64,000 bases of DNA from the human T2T-CHM13v2.0 reference genome, Homo sapiens. Positions 29,240 to 41,826 of the stretch are shown piece by piece. Each line of letters opens with the position of its first letter. Position 1 is the stretch's first letter. The DNA is taken from assembly GCF_009914755.1 (NCBI RefSeq), contig NC_060925.1, one strand, 5' to 3'. Below the pieces are notes generated by a model. It worked only from the letters and a program-made list of their open reading frames with translations, was not told the DNA's origin and ran no database searches. The translations under genes were made by a program, and so were the position numbers.

Positions 29240-29780
29240 GCACACGTTCCGAAGTTTAATTCAATTTTTATAAACCTCTCCCTAATTCCCTCTTAAAGGC
29301 CATTGTATAGCCCACTAGGGAAAGGTATTTTGCTTTCAGCAATTACACATATTTTGCAAGTGCTAATCGTTCTGCAGGAAAAAAAAAAAAGAAGGCAGAA
29401 GGGGAAAAGAAAAACAAAGAAAAGTGAGAGAGGGGAGAGCTGGTTTGAAGGGATTTTATCTAATTTCATTTTAATTAGATCCTTTTTCTAACTGAGTTTC
29501 TAATTTTTCAATTAGCAATTAGCAGCTGCAACTCATTCTGAGCATCACGAGGTGCCAACGACACTAATTACACCACAGGAGTAGGAGGCTGGAAATGAGA
29601 AATAAAATTATCCATGAATGTTATTAGAAGAAAGGAATGATTACTCTCCGTAATAATATACTGATGTGAGCCTAATTAGATTGAAGGATTCAGAGGGAAA
29701 AAATGAGATTTAAAAATGGATCACATTTAGATGCCTTGAGGTCATAATTTTGCTATAAATATTACTTTAGAACATCACAC
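29240..29780. promoter_or_regulatory. Candidate conserved non-coding element/enhancer rich in homeodomain sites
   Basis: About 10 TAATT/AATTA cores plus CATTGT in repeat-free sequence; motif evidence only. Confidence 0.4.
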
Positions 29781-30619
29781 TTGAAAACAGGTTTGCAAGC
29801 TTGATGATGTTTATGTCAGGTTGTTCAGCAATGACCCACATCCCTAGTATACAATAACCCAAAACATCAATGACTTCTGAAATACCAATACTCTTCCTGT
29901 AAAACATGTCTGAGATTTCAAAAATAAGCACTCATGCACATGCACAGACATAAACAATGCAATGAAAATAAGACCCAGGCACTGGGAAATACCGAAGCCA
30001 AGATGCCATTTTTGGCATCGTAAATCAGGGGTGGAGTTTTTAGCCACGAAATGAAAAGCCATGTGTCTGTAGTTTCCCATCTGTTGGTTCAATTAGTTTC
30101 CTTCCTCCTATGACAGTGTCAAGCCTGTGACTGTGTTTCAGGGAAGACAGGTGCAAGCTGATGGCTCCCCATATCTAGAAGCTGCTGATTTGAAAAACAC
30201 TCTAGTCAAGAAAAATGTAGCTTTCTATTAGCAAAGCAGCCACACAGACCATCCATACTCTCAGAGAAGAGCTAATTTTCTGGCTGTGGTCACAGGCAAT
30301 CAAAACTATCATATTGATCCTCAAGAGCGATTCCTAATTAGCTACAGAGTAATCTCCTAGATTTCCCCAAGGCCAGAGTGCCTGACCGTGGCATTAGTGG
30401 GCTGGACAGAACCACTAGCCCTGACCCCAGGCCCCTGTGCCACGTACCACGGAGGAATTGGACCAGGATGAGTAAACACTCTGGGAACTTCTGTGCACAG
30501 TAAGTTGCTTCCTCGCAGAAGGAGATAATACCATTTCCCCCCCTTATCCTCCTTTACTCCTTCTTATCTTGGGAGAAAGGTAAAAAGTTTTGAAGGAAAG
30601 CAGAAAATTCAGCAAGCAA

Positions 30620-31400
30620 GTTAAGTCCAGGCATCTGCCTCACCTTCCGATAAACTTCCTGAAAATCTTCCCTCAATTCTCCTGTCTCTTCTCATTCCCT
30701 CCCGGCTTTTCCCGTTTCTTAATGATTTCAAAATGCCTTGACCCATCTTCTGAGCTCTATCCTGGCAATTTTGACTGTATTTGCAGCAGTTTCAGCGGTT
30801 GGTTCTATCAGCACCTTCAAATCAGTATCACATTTATTATGCTCCCTATTTGCACCCCAACATGCCCCTCAAGCTGCACTCTTGTCAATGACTGGCCATC
30901 CTCCCAGGTGCCCAGACTCCTATTATTGAAGTAATCTTTGATTCCTCTCTTCTCCCCTTATCTCCAGCTCCTGCTAGTTCTGCCCAGCATTTCTCCCACA
31001 ATGCTTCTTTTCTTCACATCTGATGCCCCTGGGTAGGTGTCCCTTGTTTCTTACTTTAGCTTCCTAACTAATCCCCCCCCCGACAAATGCCTCCTACCTT
31101 ATACCTCCAGCTTTGTCTTCCTGCAAAACTGCCTGGATCGTACTATTCCCTGCTTGGACTAGTCAGTGTTTGCTGTGGAAAAAAGCTGAAACTCCCAAGT
31201 TTCCATGTATGTTCTTGCTTCAGCCTACATTTTGGATATGATATTTTCCTTTTCTGATTAAATATCCTATGTTATAGCTGAACGAATGTATACGGTCATT
31301 GCCTTACTCATGCTGCACCCTTTAGCTGATATTCCCACACATATTTCCAGAGAGTCAAATCCTATCCATTCTGGAAGATCCAGCCCAATGATGGTAATAT
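30620..31400 (+). mobile_element. L2 fragment
   Basis: Pyrimidine-rich L2-like motifs (TCTTTGATTCCTCTCTTCTCCC, TAGCTTCCTAACT); approximate. Confidence 0.55.
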
Positions 31401-31419
31401 TCCTAATCTTCCTTTGCAT

Positions 31420-31620
31420 GCATATAGGATTTTTAATTTTCAAAGCAAGTTCACATCTATGGAGTTTATTTAAGCCTCATAAGAGCCCCAAGAAAAGCAG
31501 GATAAATAGGCATTCTTGGCCCCCTTTTATAGAGGAGGAAACTGAGACACAGGCAGGATCGGTGAAGTGCCTGGTAATCAAGGGTAGACCAGACACACAC
31601 CTGCTGATTTTCAGCAGCTG
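31420..31620 (-). mobile_element. MIR
   Basis: TTTTATAGAGGAGGAAACTGAGACACAG. Confidence 0.65.
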
Positions 31621-34202
31621 CTCTTTCCTTCAAGCATTGGCAACGCTCAGAGCATGCTTGGTTTTGCTCTGCAATCACTTGGATGGAGTCTTGCAGTCAA
31701 ACAACTGCCCTCCTGATGGAACCTGGAAAAATTGATGAGCTCCCATTCCTTGGGCGGCCTATCTATCTTTATATATCTCAGCACATTTGCCACTAATTAT
31801 ATTTCTCTTTATAATGTGAGATCTCCCGTTAAGTAAAGTAATTGATGACCCCTGAAAAATATCACTAATTCCAGAATGGCCCAGAAGTATTTTGTCATGC
31901 TGTTTCCTTTTCCATTTCTCCACCCCTGGTGTTAGAATGATTAAGATGCCACATGCATCAGAGGAAGAAAACAGTATGAAAGGCCAAAAAGGGTAGTGTC
32001 TGTATATATTAGAAGAGGGAGAGTTTTAGGGAAGAAAGTTAGTACTTTATTTTATTTTTAAGACAGAAAAAGGCAAAAAAAAAAAAAAAAAAAAACCAAA
32101 ACAAACAAACAAAAAACTAACAACCTCTCTGAACTTTAATTTCCTCTAAAAAATGAGGGTTCTAATGGTATATGTATCTTGCAAAGTTGGCATGTGAATC
32201 ACAACAAATGTGATAAAAGATATGCATATACTTTTATTTTGTAATATAATGCATTATACAAATTTTTGAAATGTATAATGGTTTCATTTATACATAGATA
32301 TAGACATAGATATGTGTATGCATATATTTGTATGCACACACAATGAATATGAATGTGCATGCATATTGCATTATATGCTTAAGAGAGCCTAACCCCCTCC
32401 ACACACTGGGGCTTCCTTTTTTCAAGCCCTATCTTTATCCAGGTGGGAAAATGCCTCAAAAGCCTTAAGTCAGATCAAGCAATGATCACCAGTTAATGCA
32501 CAGAAATAACTAAATGGGACTCATGTTCCTCTTGTTTCTGGGCAGGGTGGAGGAGGAAGAAGTCTTTAATCTTCTGAGTTGTGCCTTATTAGGCAGCAGA
32601 GAGATGCTCTCTGACTTGGCACGTGGCCTGTGATCTTCCAGGATGAAAAGTTTTGTCTGAATGCAGGCAGGGATGATTTGCTAATCAAGGATGAGACAGA
32701 GCAAGTGGCATGCCCAACAGGACAGGGACAGCCAGGCTGAGGCCACCCCCTTCCTATTGATTTATATTTCTATTCACTGTTCTGAAATGTGGAGAGCTCA
32801 TAACCCTCCGGAAAGACCGTTTCAGCTGCTGGTGGGGAGTTAGTGTTTCAGGAATGAGGGTGGTGAGGAGAAGCCTTTGCTCTGAAACTTATGTGGTCTG
32901 GAAACTTCAGGATCTTATCTTCCTCCTTCTCTTCTCTCCTCCTCCTTGTCTTTCCTCTCCTCCTCTTTTTCCTCCTTTTGCTGTCAGTTGCCTAAGGGAA
33001 GGGATCTTGGCCTTAGCTGCTAAGTTGCCAGGGTTGTTCAGGGAAGGCTAAAAGATGCAGGAGGCAAGAGGAAGCCCAAGGCCTTTCTTGTCTCATCAGT
33101 CTTTCCGGGTCCTGGGCTGAGGCAGACAGGATGGCTCGGTGAGCTTGTGACAACATTCCAGGCCTGCAGCTCGGATGGCAGCTGTCCATGGCAGGCCAGA
33201 CTTTGGAATATCTCACTAGAACCTTGCTTGTCTCACAGCCCCCACCCCGAAGCTAACACCCTTTTGTCTCCAGCTGGTCCTTGGCCCCCTGCTGTTCTCA
33301 TTTGTGATTTTATTTTCCCTGAATGCAGGGAGTTACTCAGAGCTGGGCTCTTGTCCAACTGGTCCTGCACGATCTTTTTCTTCCCCGGGATGCTAGCTCC
33401 TCTTCTTGAGGATTCTTGCTGGGTCTGCCTTCCCTCTCTCCATCTGGTGCTGTACGCCCGCTGAGTGGGCCCTGCAGGGCTGGAGTTGGCTAGGCTGGGC
33501 AGCCAGCAAGCCAGCAAAGCCCCTACAGCCGTGAACCGGGAATCCAGGATGCCTACTCTGCCAGTCTATGTCAAAAAGACAAAACACCTAGAGAGGTTTA
33601 AAAACATTCAGGAGAAGAAAAAGCAAGCGCACAGCATGAGAGAGCTTTGTCCAGCCAGCACTTTTACTAGCAATAAATCTGCCTTAAAATGTATAAGGAT
33701 ATACAGAAAAAGAAAATTGAGCAAATCACTTTGGTGGAAACCCATTTCTCCCGCACTCGGCCATTTCTCTGCATCAGCTCTTCACTCTCCCAGGGAGAGC
33801 TCCCAGCCAAGTAAGACAACAGTGTAAACAAAAGTCACCCCAGGCCCAAAACCAAGTTTCCTGCAGGGCACTGTCTGCTGCGGCTGGCAGAACCTACTGG
33901 GTTTCTGGCTTTGTGCTGACCTTTGCAAGTGTGCTTCAGCTGGAAAAATCAGACCTATCTATCTATCTCCATGTTGAAGACCCCCCCCGGGTTCAGGCTA
34001 TACAGGGTGGACAAGGTCCAAGTGTCTCATCCTTCCTGATCCTGAGGACGGTGGTGGTTTCTGGAGGAGTCCAAAGTGATCCCAGCCATACTGCCTGGGA
34101 ATGATTGCTTACCACCCAGGAACAGAACCTGGGGTCTATTCTCTGCAGCTGGATCTATGGAGGTCAGACGAGTCTGCTATAACATATTTTGTTATGTGAA
34201 AT

Positions 34203-34685
34203 TGTAGCACGACAAGCTGCAGACAAAACTCCTCAGACACGGAGTCAAAGAAGGAAGAGGTTTATTCGGCCGGGAGCATCGGCAGGACTCCTGTCTCAAG
34301 AGCCAAGCTCCCCAGGTGAGCAATTCCTGTCCCTTTTAAGGGCTCACAACTCTAAGGAGGTCCGCGTGAGAGGGTCATGATTGATTGAGCAAGCAGGGGG
34401 TACGTGACAGGGTCCGCGAGCACCGGTGGTCAGAGTGAAACAGAACAGACCGGGAAGTTTTACAATGTCTTTCTATAATCTATAAATAACATCAGTTGCT
34501 AAGTCAGGGGTCGAATTTTAACTACCAGGCTTAGGTCAGGCAGGCCCAGGCCTGGTTTCAGGTCTGGTTTTCAGGTCTTGGTTTCGGGTCTGGTTCCTAG
34601 GCGCCAGCCTACCTGCCTTTAGTTTTGCTTCTCTTGCCTTTTCTGAGGATAAAACAACATGAAAGGGTCTGTCTCTCTTCTCTCA
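34203..34685 (-). mobile_element. LTR2B (HERV-E family) solo LTR
   Basis: Reverse complement begins TGAGAGAAGAGAGACAGACCC and ends ...TGCTACA; 4-bp TSD AAAT. Confidence 0.85.
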
Positions 34686-34872
34686 AAATAAGCCAGGCAC
34701 AGAAATACAAATACTGCATGGTCTCACTCATATGCAGAATCTAAAAAAGTTGATCTTGAAGGAATTCAGAAAATGCCGCCCCAAAATGTATTGTTTTAGA
34801 CTTAAAACTGAGGGCACTTAGGAATAGTAAATGCAGAAAGGGGCTTCCTCTGAACTTCCTTAATGTACCTAA

Positions 34873-35378
<506 letters not shown>

Positions 35379-35515
35379 TAAACTAGGCTAAGTCGCTTAC
35401 ATCCCCCATGCCTTCTCTCCTACAAAGAAGGTGTATACTCTTCTAGATCTCACTGGGATTTGGGGTATTCTCTTTTCCTTCATGTGATGCCCCCATGCGT
35501 GTAATACCTTTGTAT

Positions 35516-35841
35516 CATAGTCCCCCCTTACCCACAAGGAATACATCCCAAGACCCCCAGTGGATGCCAGAAACTGTGAAGAGTATTGAACCCTATATAT
35601 TCTATATATTTTCCCATACAGTAATGGGCAGGTAGCATCTACAGTATGAATACACTGGACAAAGGGATGATTCATGTCCCTATCAGGACAGAGTGGGATG
35701 GCACAAGGTATCATCATGCTACTCAGAATGGAATGCAATTTCAAGCTTAAGAATTGTTTATTTCTGGAATTTTCCATTTGATGTTTTGACTGAGGTTAAC
35801 AAACTGCAGAAAGAAAAATCAAAGATAAGCTGGAACTACTG
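35516..35841 (-). mobile_element. MER44A (Tigger7-derived MITE)
   Basis: TAGTCCCCCTTACCCAC..CCAAGACCCCCAGTGGATGCC; GGACAAAGGGATGATTCA; TTTATTTCTGGAATTTTCCATTT. Confidence 0.85.
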
Positions 35842-37029
35842 TGTACTTTTTCTCCTGTTACTCTGCCTACTGTCTGTTTATTTCATAGACTCAAATATTG
35901 AACCCTCAGAGGGTAGAGAGTCTTCCCTGTGTCTAGAATGGTGATTACCAGGAAGTTGAGAATAGAATGGTGGTTACCACGGGTGGAGCAGTGGTTGGGG
36001 AAGGGCTTGGGAGCTGTTATCAAAGGTTACAAGATCTCAGTTAGATAAGAGGAAGAAGTTCAAGAGATCTAGTGTACCAAATGGTGACTGTTGTTAATAA
36101 AACACATTGTATTCTTTAAAAATGCTGAAAGGGTAGATTTTTAGTCTTCTCGCCACAAAAATGACAATTATATGAGATAATGCCTAGGTTAGTTTGATTT
36201 AGCCATTCCATAATGTACATATTTTAAAGCATGATTATGTACATGATAAATATATACAATTCCATCTGTCAATTAAAAATAAAATAAAATATGTCTGCAA
36301 TTCCCTTCAGGTATTCATCACTAGCTATGCAAAACTGGAATTTCATGTCCTTACACAATAAAGGCAATGTGCAATGGGCAATGCTTATCACATGTTTCTG
36401 AATGCAGAGCCCAGTGCTAATTTCTCAGGACAAGGCTCCTTACTCATCTGCTGAGCCCTTTACTCATTTACCTTTGTGATCATTTAGGCCACACCATTGG
36501 GCCCACATTGCTGTTTTTGCTACTCCAAGAAGATCAAGAGAGAGCCACCATAGCAGAATGAGATTCCAAGCCTTCTCATGCATCCCTCAGGGATCAGGCC
36601 TGGCCTTGGTCTCTAGAAAGCTCTTGCTGATTACTCTGGGAGTTTGAATCTCAGTGATCACAGTCTGCCCTGGCCTGATCCCAAGGGCACAAGCACACAG
36701 GAACCTGGAGGCAGATGTGTAACCTCAAAGAGAGTAATTATGTCCTAGCCAATAAATAAACAATCACTGGAACAATTAGTGCTCACCCCTTTGAAATTTG
36801 CATCTCACCTCAGAACAATCTTGCTCTTCAACCTTGTCAATACGTTGATATGTTATAAATAAGTGGTTTTACTGGGATGAGATGCAAGCTATCTTGAAGC
36901 TAACTAAGCATGACTAGAATACACTATCTCTCACGTCCCAGGAAGTTATTTGCATTCTGATACAAACTGATGCTAGATTCCTAAACCTAATCATGATCCT
37001 CAGCTGCAGTAAGGACCACTGACCTACTA

Positions 37030-37887
37030 TGTTATTGTGAAATATATATTTGGACCTCTTTCTCCACATTTCCTGGCCCACACCTCCTAAAACCCTTGGG
37101 ATCTCTGGAATAAGAAAAGTGATTTTTTGTATGCTAATGAGATGACTGGTGGCTGGCAACCCCTATATAGCTTTCAAAATACCAAGGCATGATTAGAGGA
37201 TTGAGTTTTTAGCCCCACCACCCAACCTCCTGGCAGGAAAGAGAGGAAGAAGACTAAGTTGATTACTAATGGTCAATAATTTAATCAATCATGCCTGCAT
37301 AATAATGCTTCATAAAAACCCCAAAGGACCTGGTTTGGCTAGCTTCTGGCTAGCTGAACATGTGGGGGCTTCTGCAGGCTGGTGCCCCCGGAAAAGGCAT
37401 GGAAGCTTCAAGCCCCTTCCTTCATATATTACCCTAACATTTCTTCCACTGGCTATTTATTTGTATCCTTTGTAATATCCTTTATATTAAATAGGTTAAA
37501 GTAAGTACACTTTTTCCCTAAGTTCTGTGAGCCATTCTAGCAAATTAATTGAACAAGAAAGGGTCATGGGAATCCCTGATTTATAACAAGTGGGTCAAAA
37601 GTATAAAATGTCAATCTGCTACTTGCAACTAGCATCTGAAATTGGGGGTAGTCTTGTGGGACTCAGCCTTCAACCTGTGGAATCTGACACTTTCTCCAGG
37701 TAGATAGTGTCACAATTGAATTGCATTGTGGAGGATACCCAGCTAGTATCTGCTATGGAATTGCTTGGTTGGTGCGTGGGGAAAAACCCCCATGTGTTTT
37801 GGTGACCAGAGGCAAAGTGTTCTATGTTATAGTGACTGTGTGAGCGTAGAGAAAAACACTTTGTGTTTTTTTTTTCCTATGTCTTAT
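37030..37887 (+). mobile_element. MER21-family solo LTR
   Basis: TGTTATTGTGAAATATATATTTGG...CTCCTAAAACCCTTGG..TATGCTAATGAGATGACTGGTGGCTGG. Confidence 0.8.
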
Positions 37888-38055
37888 AGACCCACTAATG
37901 GACTAAGTAATGTTTCTGTTGGTGACTCTAAGCAAGGAAAACAAATAAGGCAAAGAAGGAGGTAAAAGAGACAAGTAAGACATCTGAGAACCTGCAATGA
38001 CTCTTGGGAAGACATCAAAGCAGAAAAAGAAAGAAGTGGCAAGTGACAAAAGAGG

Positions 38056-38361
38056 TGCAATGTTTTAAATGTTTGCCCCCTGCAAAACTCATGTTGAAAT
38101 TTAATTCTGCCCTCATGGATGGATTTATGCATTATGTTGGGAGGGATTTTATGATATTGGGAGTGGGTTTGACCCCTCTTACTCTCTCTCACCCTTCTGC
38201 CTTCCACCGTGAGACAATGCAGAAGGAAGACACCAACCAGATGCCAGACCCTCATCTTAAACTTCCCAGCTTCCAAAACTGTGAGGAAATAAATGTCCAT
38301 TCTTTATAAATTACCTATTTTGTGGTATCCTGTTATATAGCTGCACAAACAGACTGAGACA
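38056..38361 (+). mobile_element. MSTC/MSTD solo LTR (internally deleted)
   Basis: TGCAATGTTTTAAATG..AAAACTCATGTTGAAATTTAATT; ends CAGACTGAGACA. Confidence 0.8.
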
Positions 38362-41300
38362 GGAGGTATATGTCAGGGTGCAGTAGAGAACCATTCACTG
38401 CATTAGGGGGTTCCCTTCCATGGCACTTTTTGCCTGCTTTATTAATTTAATACAAAGAGATCAGGCACCAATTACAGGCAAGACCCACTCGTAATCTTCA
38501 GCAGTGGGATACAGAAATGAACAAGATGTATGGTTTCTGCTTTCAAATTGCATACAGTTCAGTTGGGGCTAAATTATAGACACAAATACTAATATTATAA
38601 GTTAGATTTTACTACATTCACCATAGAGGTAGGTTTTAGAATTTCAAAGGAGAGGTTCTTAGCCAGGGGTGGGAAATTTTATGGAGGAGCTGGATTTTGA
38701 CAATTTTATCTATGCTAAATGAATGCCCTCTTTCCGGGAACTAAGGAATTTTACCTTTCTGGGGATTCATGGCAAGAAGATACAATCCTTGATCTCAGAA
38801 GACATTGTGATACACAATGACAGATAAGTTGATAATGAAATGTAAAACTGCTTCCAGAAGCTTCTAGGTGTTAAGTTTGACCACATCATGCATCTCATTT
38901 CCACATTGTCTTCTATGTCTATATCTGGCCCCCTCCTCAACTATCCTAAGCATTTAGAGCATCTCCTTTCCCTATAAAAGCCATCATAGTTTATGTTTAT
39001 GGCTATGTGTTTTGTTTCTGCAAATCTAATTGTTCCTTAAGAGTAAGGATTATGTCTCAGAGCCTCACAGGAAGGCACAAAGGAAGATGTCAGCAAACGC
39101 CATAGAACTATTAATTACTGACAATTCACATGCCACACTGTTAAATGAGGAAAGGGAGGAAGGAAGAGACCAGACCACTGAGGCATTAAGAGAACAAGGA
39201 TCCAGCATGGATCAAGCAAATCCCACCACCCTTAGCTATGAGACCAAGTCCCAGCTCTGTCACTTGTTAGTTGTGTTGTCTTAGACAAGTCAATTTACTT
39301 CCTAAGAAGCCCTGCCCTCTTCTATAATAACATGTCTGTTGGATTTCATTCATTCCCAAATACTGAAGACAGTCTGCAAAAAATTTTCTGGGAAATTGTA
39401 AAATACAGATGAATAAGCCCACAGAGGGTGAGCCGAAATTTCTCTATTTATAAGATCTCTGAATGAATCTAATAAAGAGTGGTATCTGCAAATCAGAGGA
39501 CTAATGCTCATGCTGTAAGATTCTTCCACCTGTTACATCAAGAACACTAACATTTCTTATTGTGATGTAGAAACAGGGTGATGGCCTTCTGAAAGCCAGC
39601 ACGTAATGACAGCATGAAATATTTTACTTGTTAATTTTTTGTTTGTCTATTTTTCAGATGTTTTTGACCTTCGTGGAGAAGAAGTTTGGTGGTGGGGCAG
39701 GAGCAGAAGTTAGAACTCGGGATTTCTTTGTTCACCTTGGCTGCGAAGCCACCCATATATGACCAGTGTTGAAACTCATTGCACCAGGCCAACCAATTAG
39801 TCTGTATTGGCCCCATAAACTTTGAGCTGACAAGTATCAAGTGAAAGGTTCTTGAGAATAAGACTGAAAAATCCTTCTTACTTCCCCCTACAAAAAAAAT
39901 TCTCCAGCCCCAGAATGTTATTCCTTCCCAAGAAACACAAATTAACTAGCTGCACTAATGACCTCCAGACCAACACAAACCCATTTCCCCTTGAAATTAA
40001 CCTTCTATTCTGAATCTAAACAGTGTCTAATTAGCCCCAAACACTGGTGAGCTAACTGGAAGAGAAGAATGTAGGAAATCAAAACAAGGGGATAGTTTTA
40101 CGGTTGGAAAAAAAAAAATAGCGAAAAGCCATCCTCCAATTATCCTATCCTTCTAACCTCCGCCCCCAGATCCTTATCCTGCATCTTCATTTGTCTTCCT
40201 TTCCGTAAACCTTGTAAAGGAGTCTGCTTTTCAGACAAATATTTTTCCCAGCTCATTTGACACCTAGAAGGCAGGAAAAATATTGCCCATCACGATAAAT
40301 ATAATATTCCAATTTTCCAGCATTTGACAGCAATCAAGGGAAGAGTAATGTGTTCCCTCTGTGACTAAATCATTTAGAGACCAAGGTATTCTGTCTCATT
40401 CTCATTAGGAAAAAAAAATATTCCAATAATCTCATTATCCCAGTGTGAATAACAGTAAAAAAGCACCAAGACTAATGACTTCTTCTGCGCTTGCCTCCGC
40501 AGATACCAGCCCAGGCCGTGCTTTTATAGGCAATGCTTGGGTAATGGAGTCTCCCTTAGCAGCGATCCTGTAGCATCTGCTGCTCTGAAAGCCCTGCCTA
40601 ACACATTCTGCTTTGTCTGCAGCAAGGTTTACACACACCCCTGGACTCCAAAGACTCTTTTTTATGTACTTTTTAAAAAACTAACTCCAATGGAAAAAGA
40701 ATGTGTCATGGCATGTTAAACTTTATGGAAATTCTTCTGGAGAATAACATAATTTCACGGTGCATTACTCTGAAATGACCTAGTACTTGAACAATTAATT
40801 TTTAAGGTGTAGCATTGACTTCCCCTTGCTGTATTTAACCCATATCTGAAATTGTCAACAATGCCAAGGGTTGGACAATGAGTTGGGAGAAGAGCAGGAG
40901 CCTGAAAATTACTCCCTATCTACTATGTTTTCTTTTATCAGACATAATGCTTCCCTCTTTGGTTCAAAAATGAAAAGAGAAGGGAGCAGGTACTTTAGTT
41001 AGGGACACTTCATAGGCAGCACAGCCTGGCAGGTAAATAGTGCAGTCCTGGAGACATAAACTCGACGTCTTACCTTTGTCATTAATTTACTGTGTAGCCT
41101 TAGAGAAACTCCTTTTTCTCTCTGTAGCTAAAATGGGGGAAGGAGAGGTTTTGTTTGTTATGCCCCCAAAAGGAATTCAGTGATAGAAAATGAATAGATG
41201 TATAATATATCCTCTGATTCCTTGAAATAAAAGCTCTGAATGTTTTTTCTTTTTTTTTCTTTTTTTTTTTTTTTTGCTGTCCTTTTTACACCTTATTTTT

Positions 41301-41735
41301 ATCTCTACACTCTTGCATTCCTCACCTCCTTCACTGCACCCTCCCTGTCCTTAAACACACAGGTAAATGGAGAATTGGTATGCAAGAGCATCTTCTCAAG
41401 ACTAGCATGAAACACTTCAAATGCATAGGAAAAAGCCATAGAGTGGTACAGTTGGAAAGAATCTTATAAAAGATTCCTGTGAATTTTTTCTCTTTGAGGA
41501 AAAAAAAAGACTCACAGAGGACAGATTTCTCCCAAGGTCACACAGTGGTTTACTGGTAGAACGACCACTTCCCAGTCTATCACTCTGCCCTCTAGGCCGA
41601 GTGAATGACACCATTATTGTTTTCTATTATAGAGTTCATGAAAGCAACACTGGACTTATATATACATGCATCAGAATAAAGGGATTTTAGGGTTTGAAAA
41701 AAGCCTTATAAATCACCAAGCCTGGTCTGCTGGGT

Positions 41736-41826
41736 GGGTGATCAATTGTCCAGGTTTGCCTGGAACTGAGGGGCTGTTCAACACACGGAACAGGAGAGCC
41801 CTGGGCCAACAGATTAGTTGGTCACC
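41736..41826 (+). mobile_element. MER94-like hAT-Blackjack MITE
   Basis: TIRs GGGTGATCAA ... TTGGTCACC; internal GGTTTGCCTGGAACTGAGGGG. Confidence 0.65.

Noticed and set aside
31286-33827. Several 100-150-aa ORFs
   Set aside because: No recognisable domains or coherent splice structure; partly overlap MIR/L2; consistent with chance.
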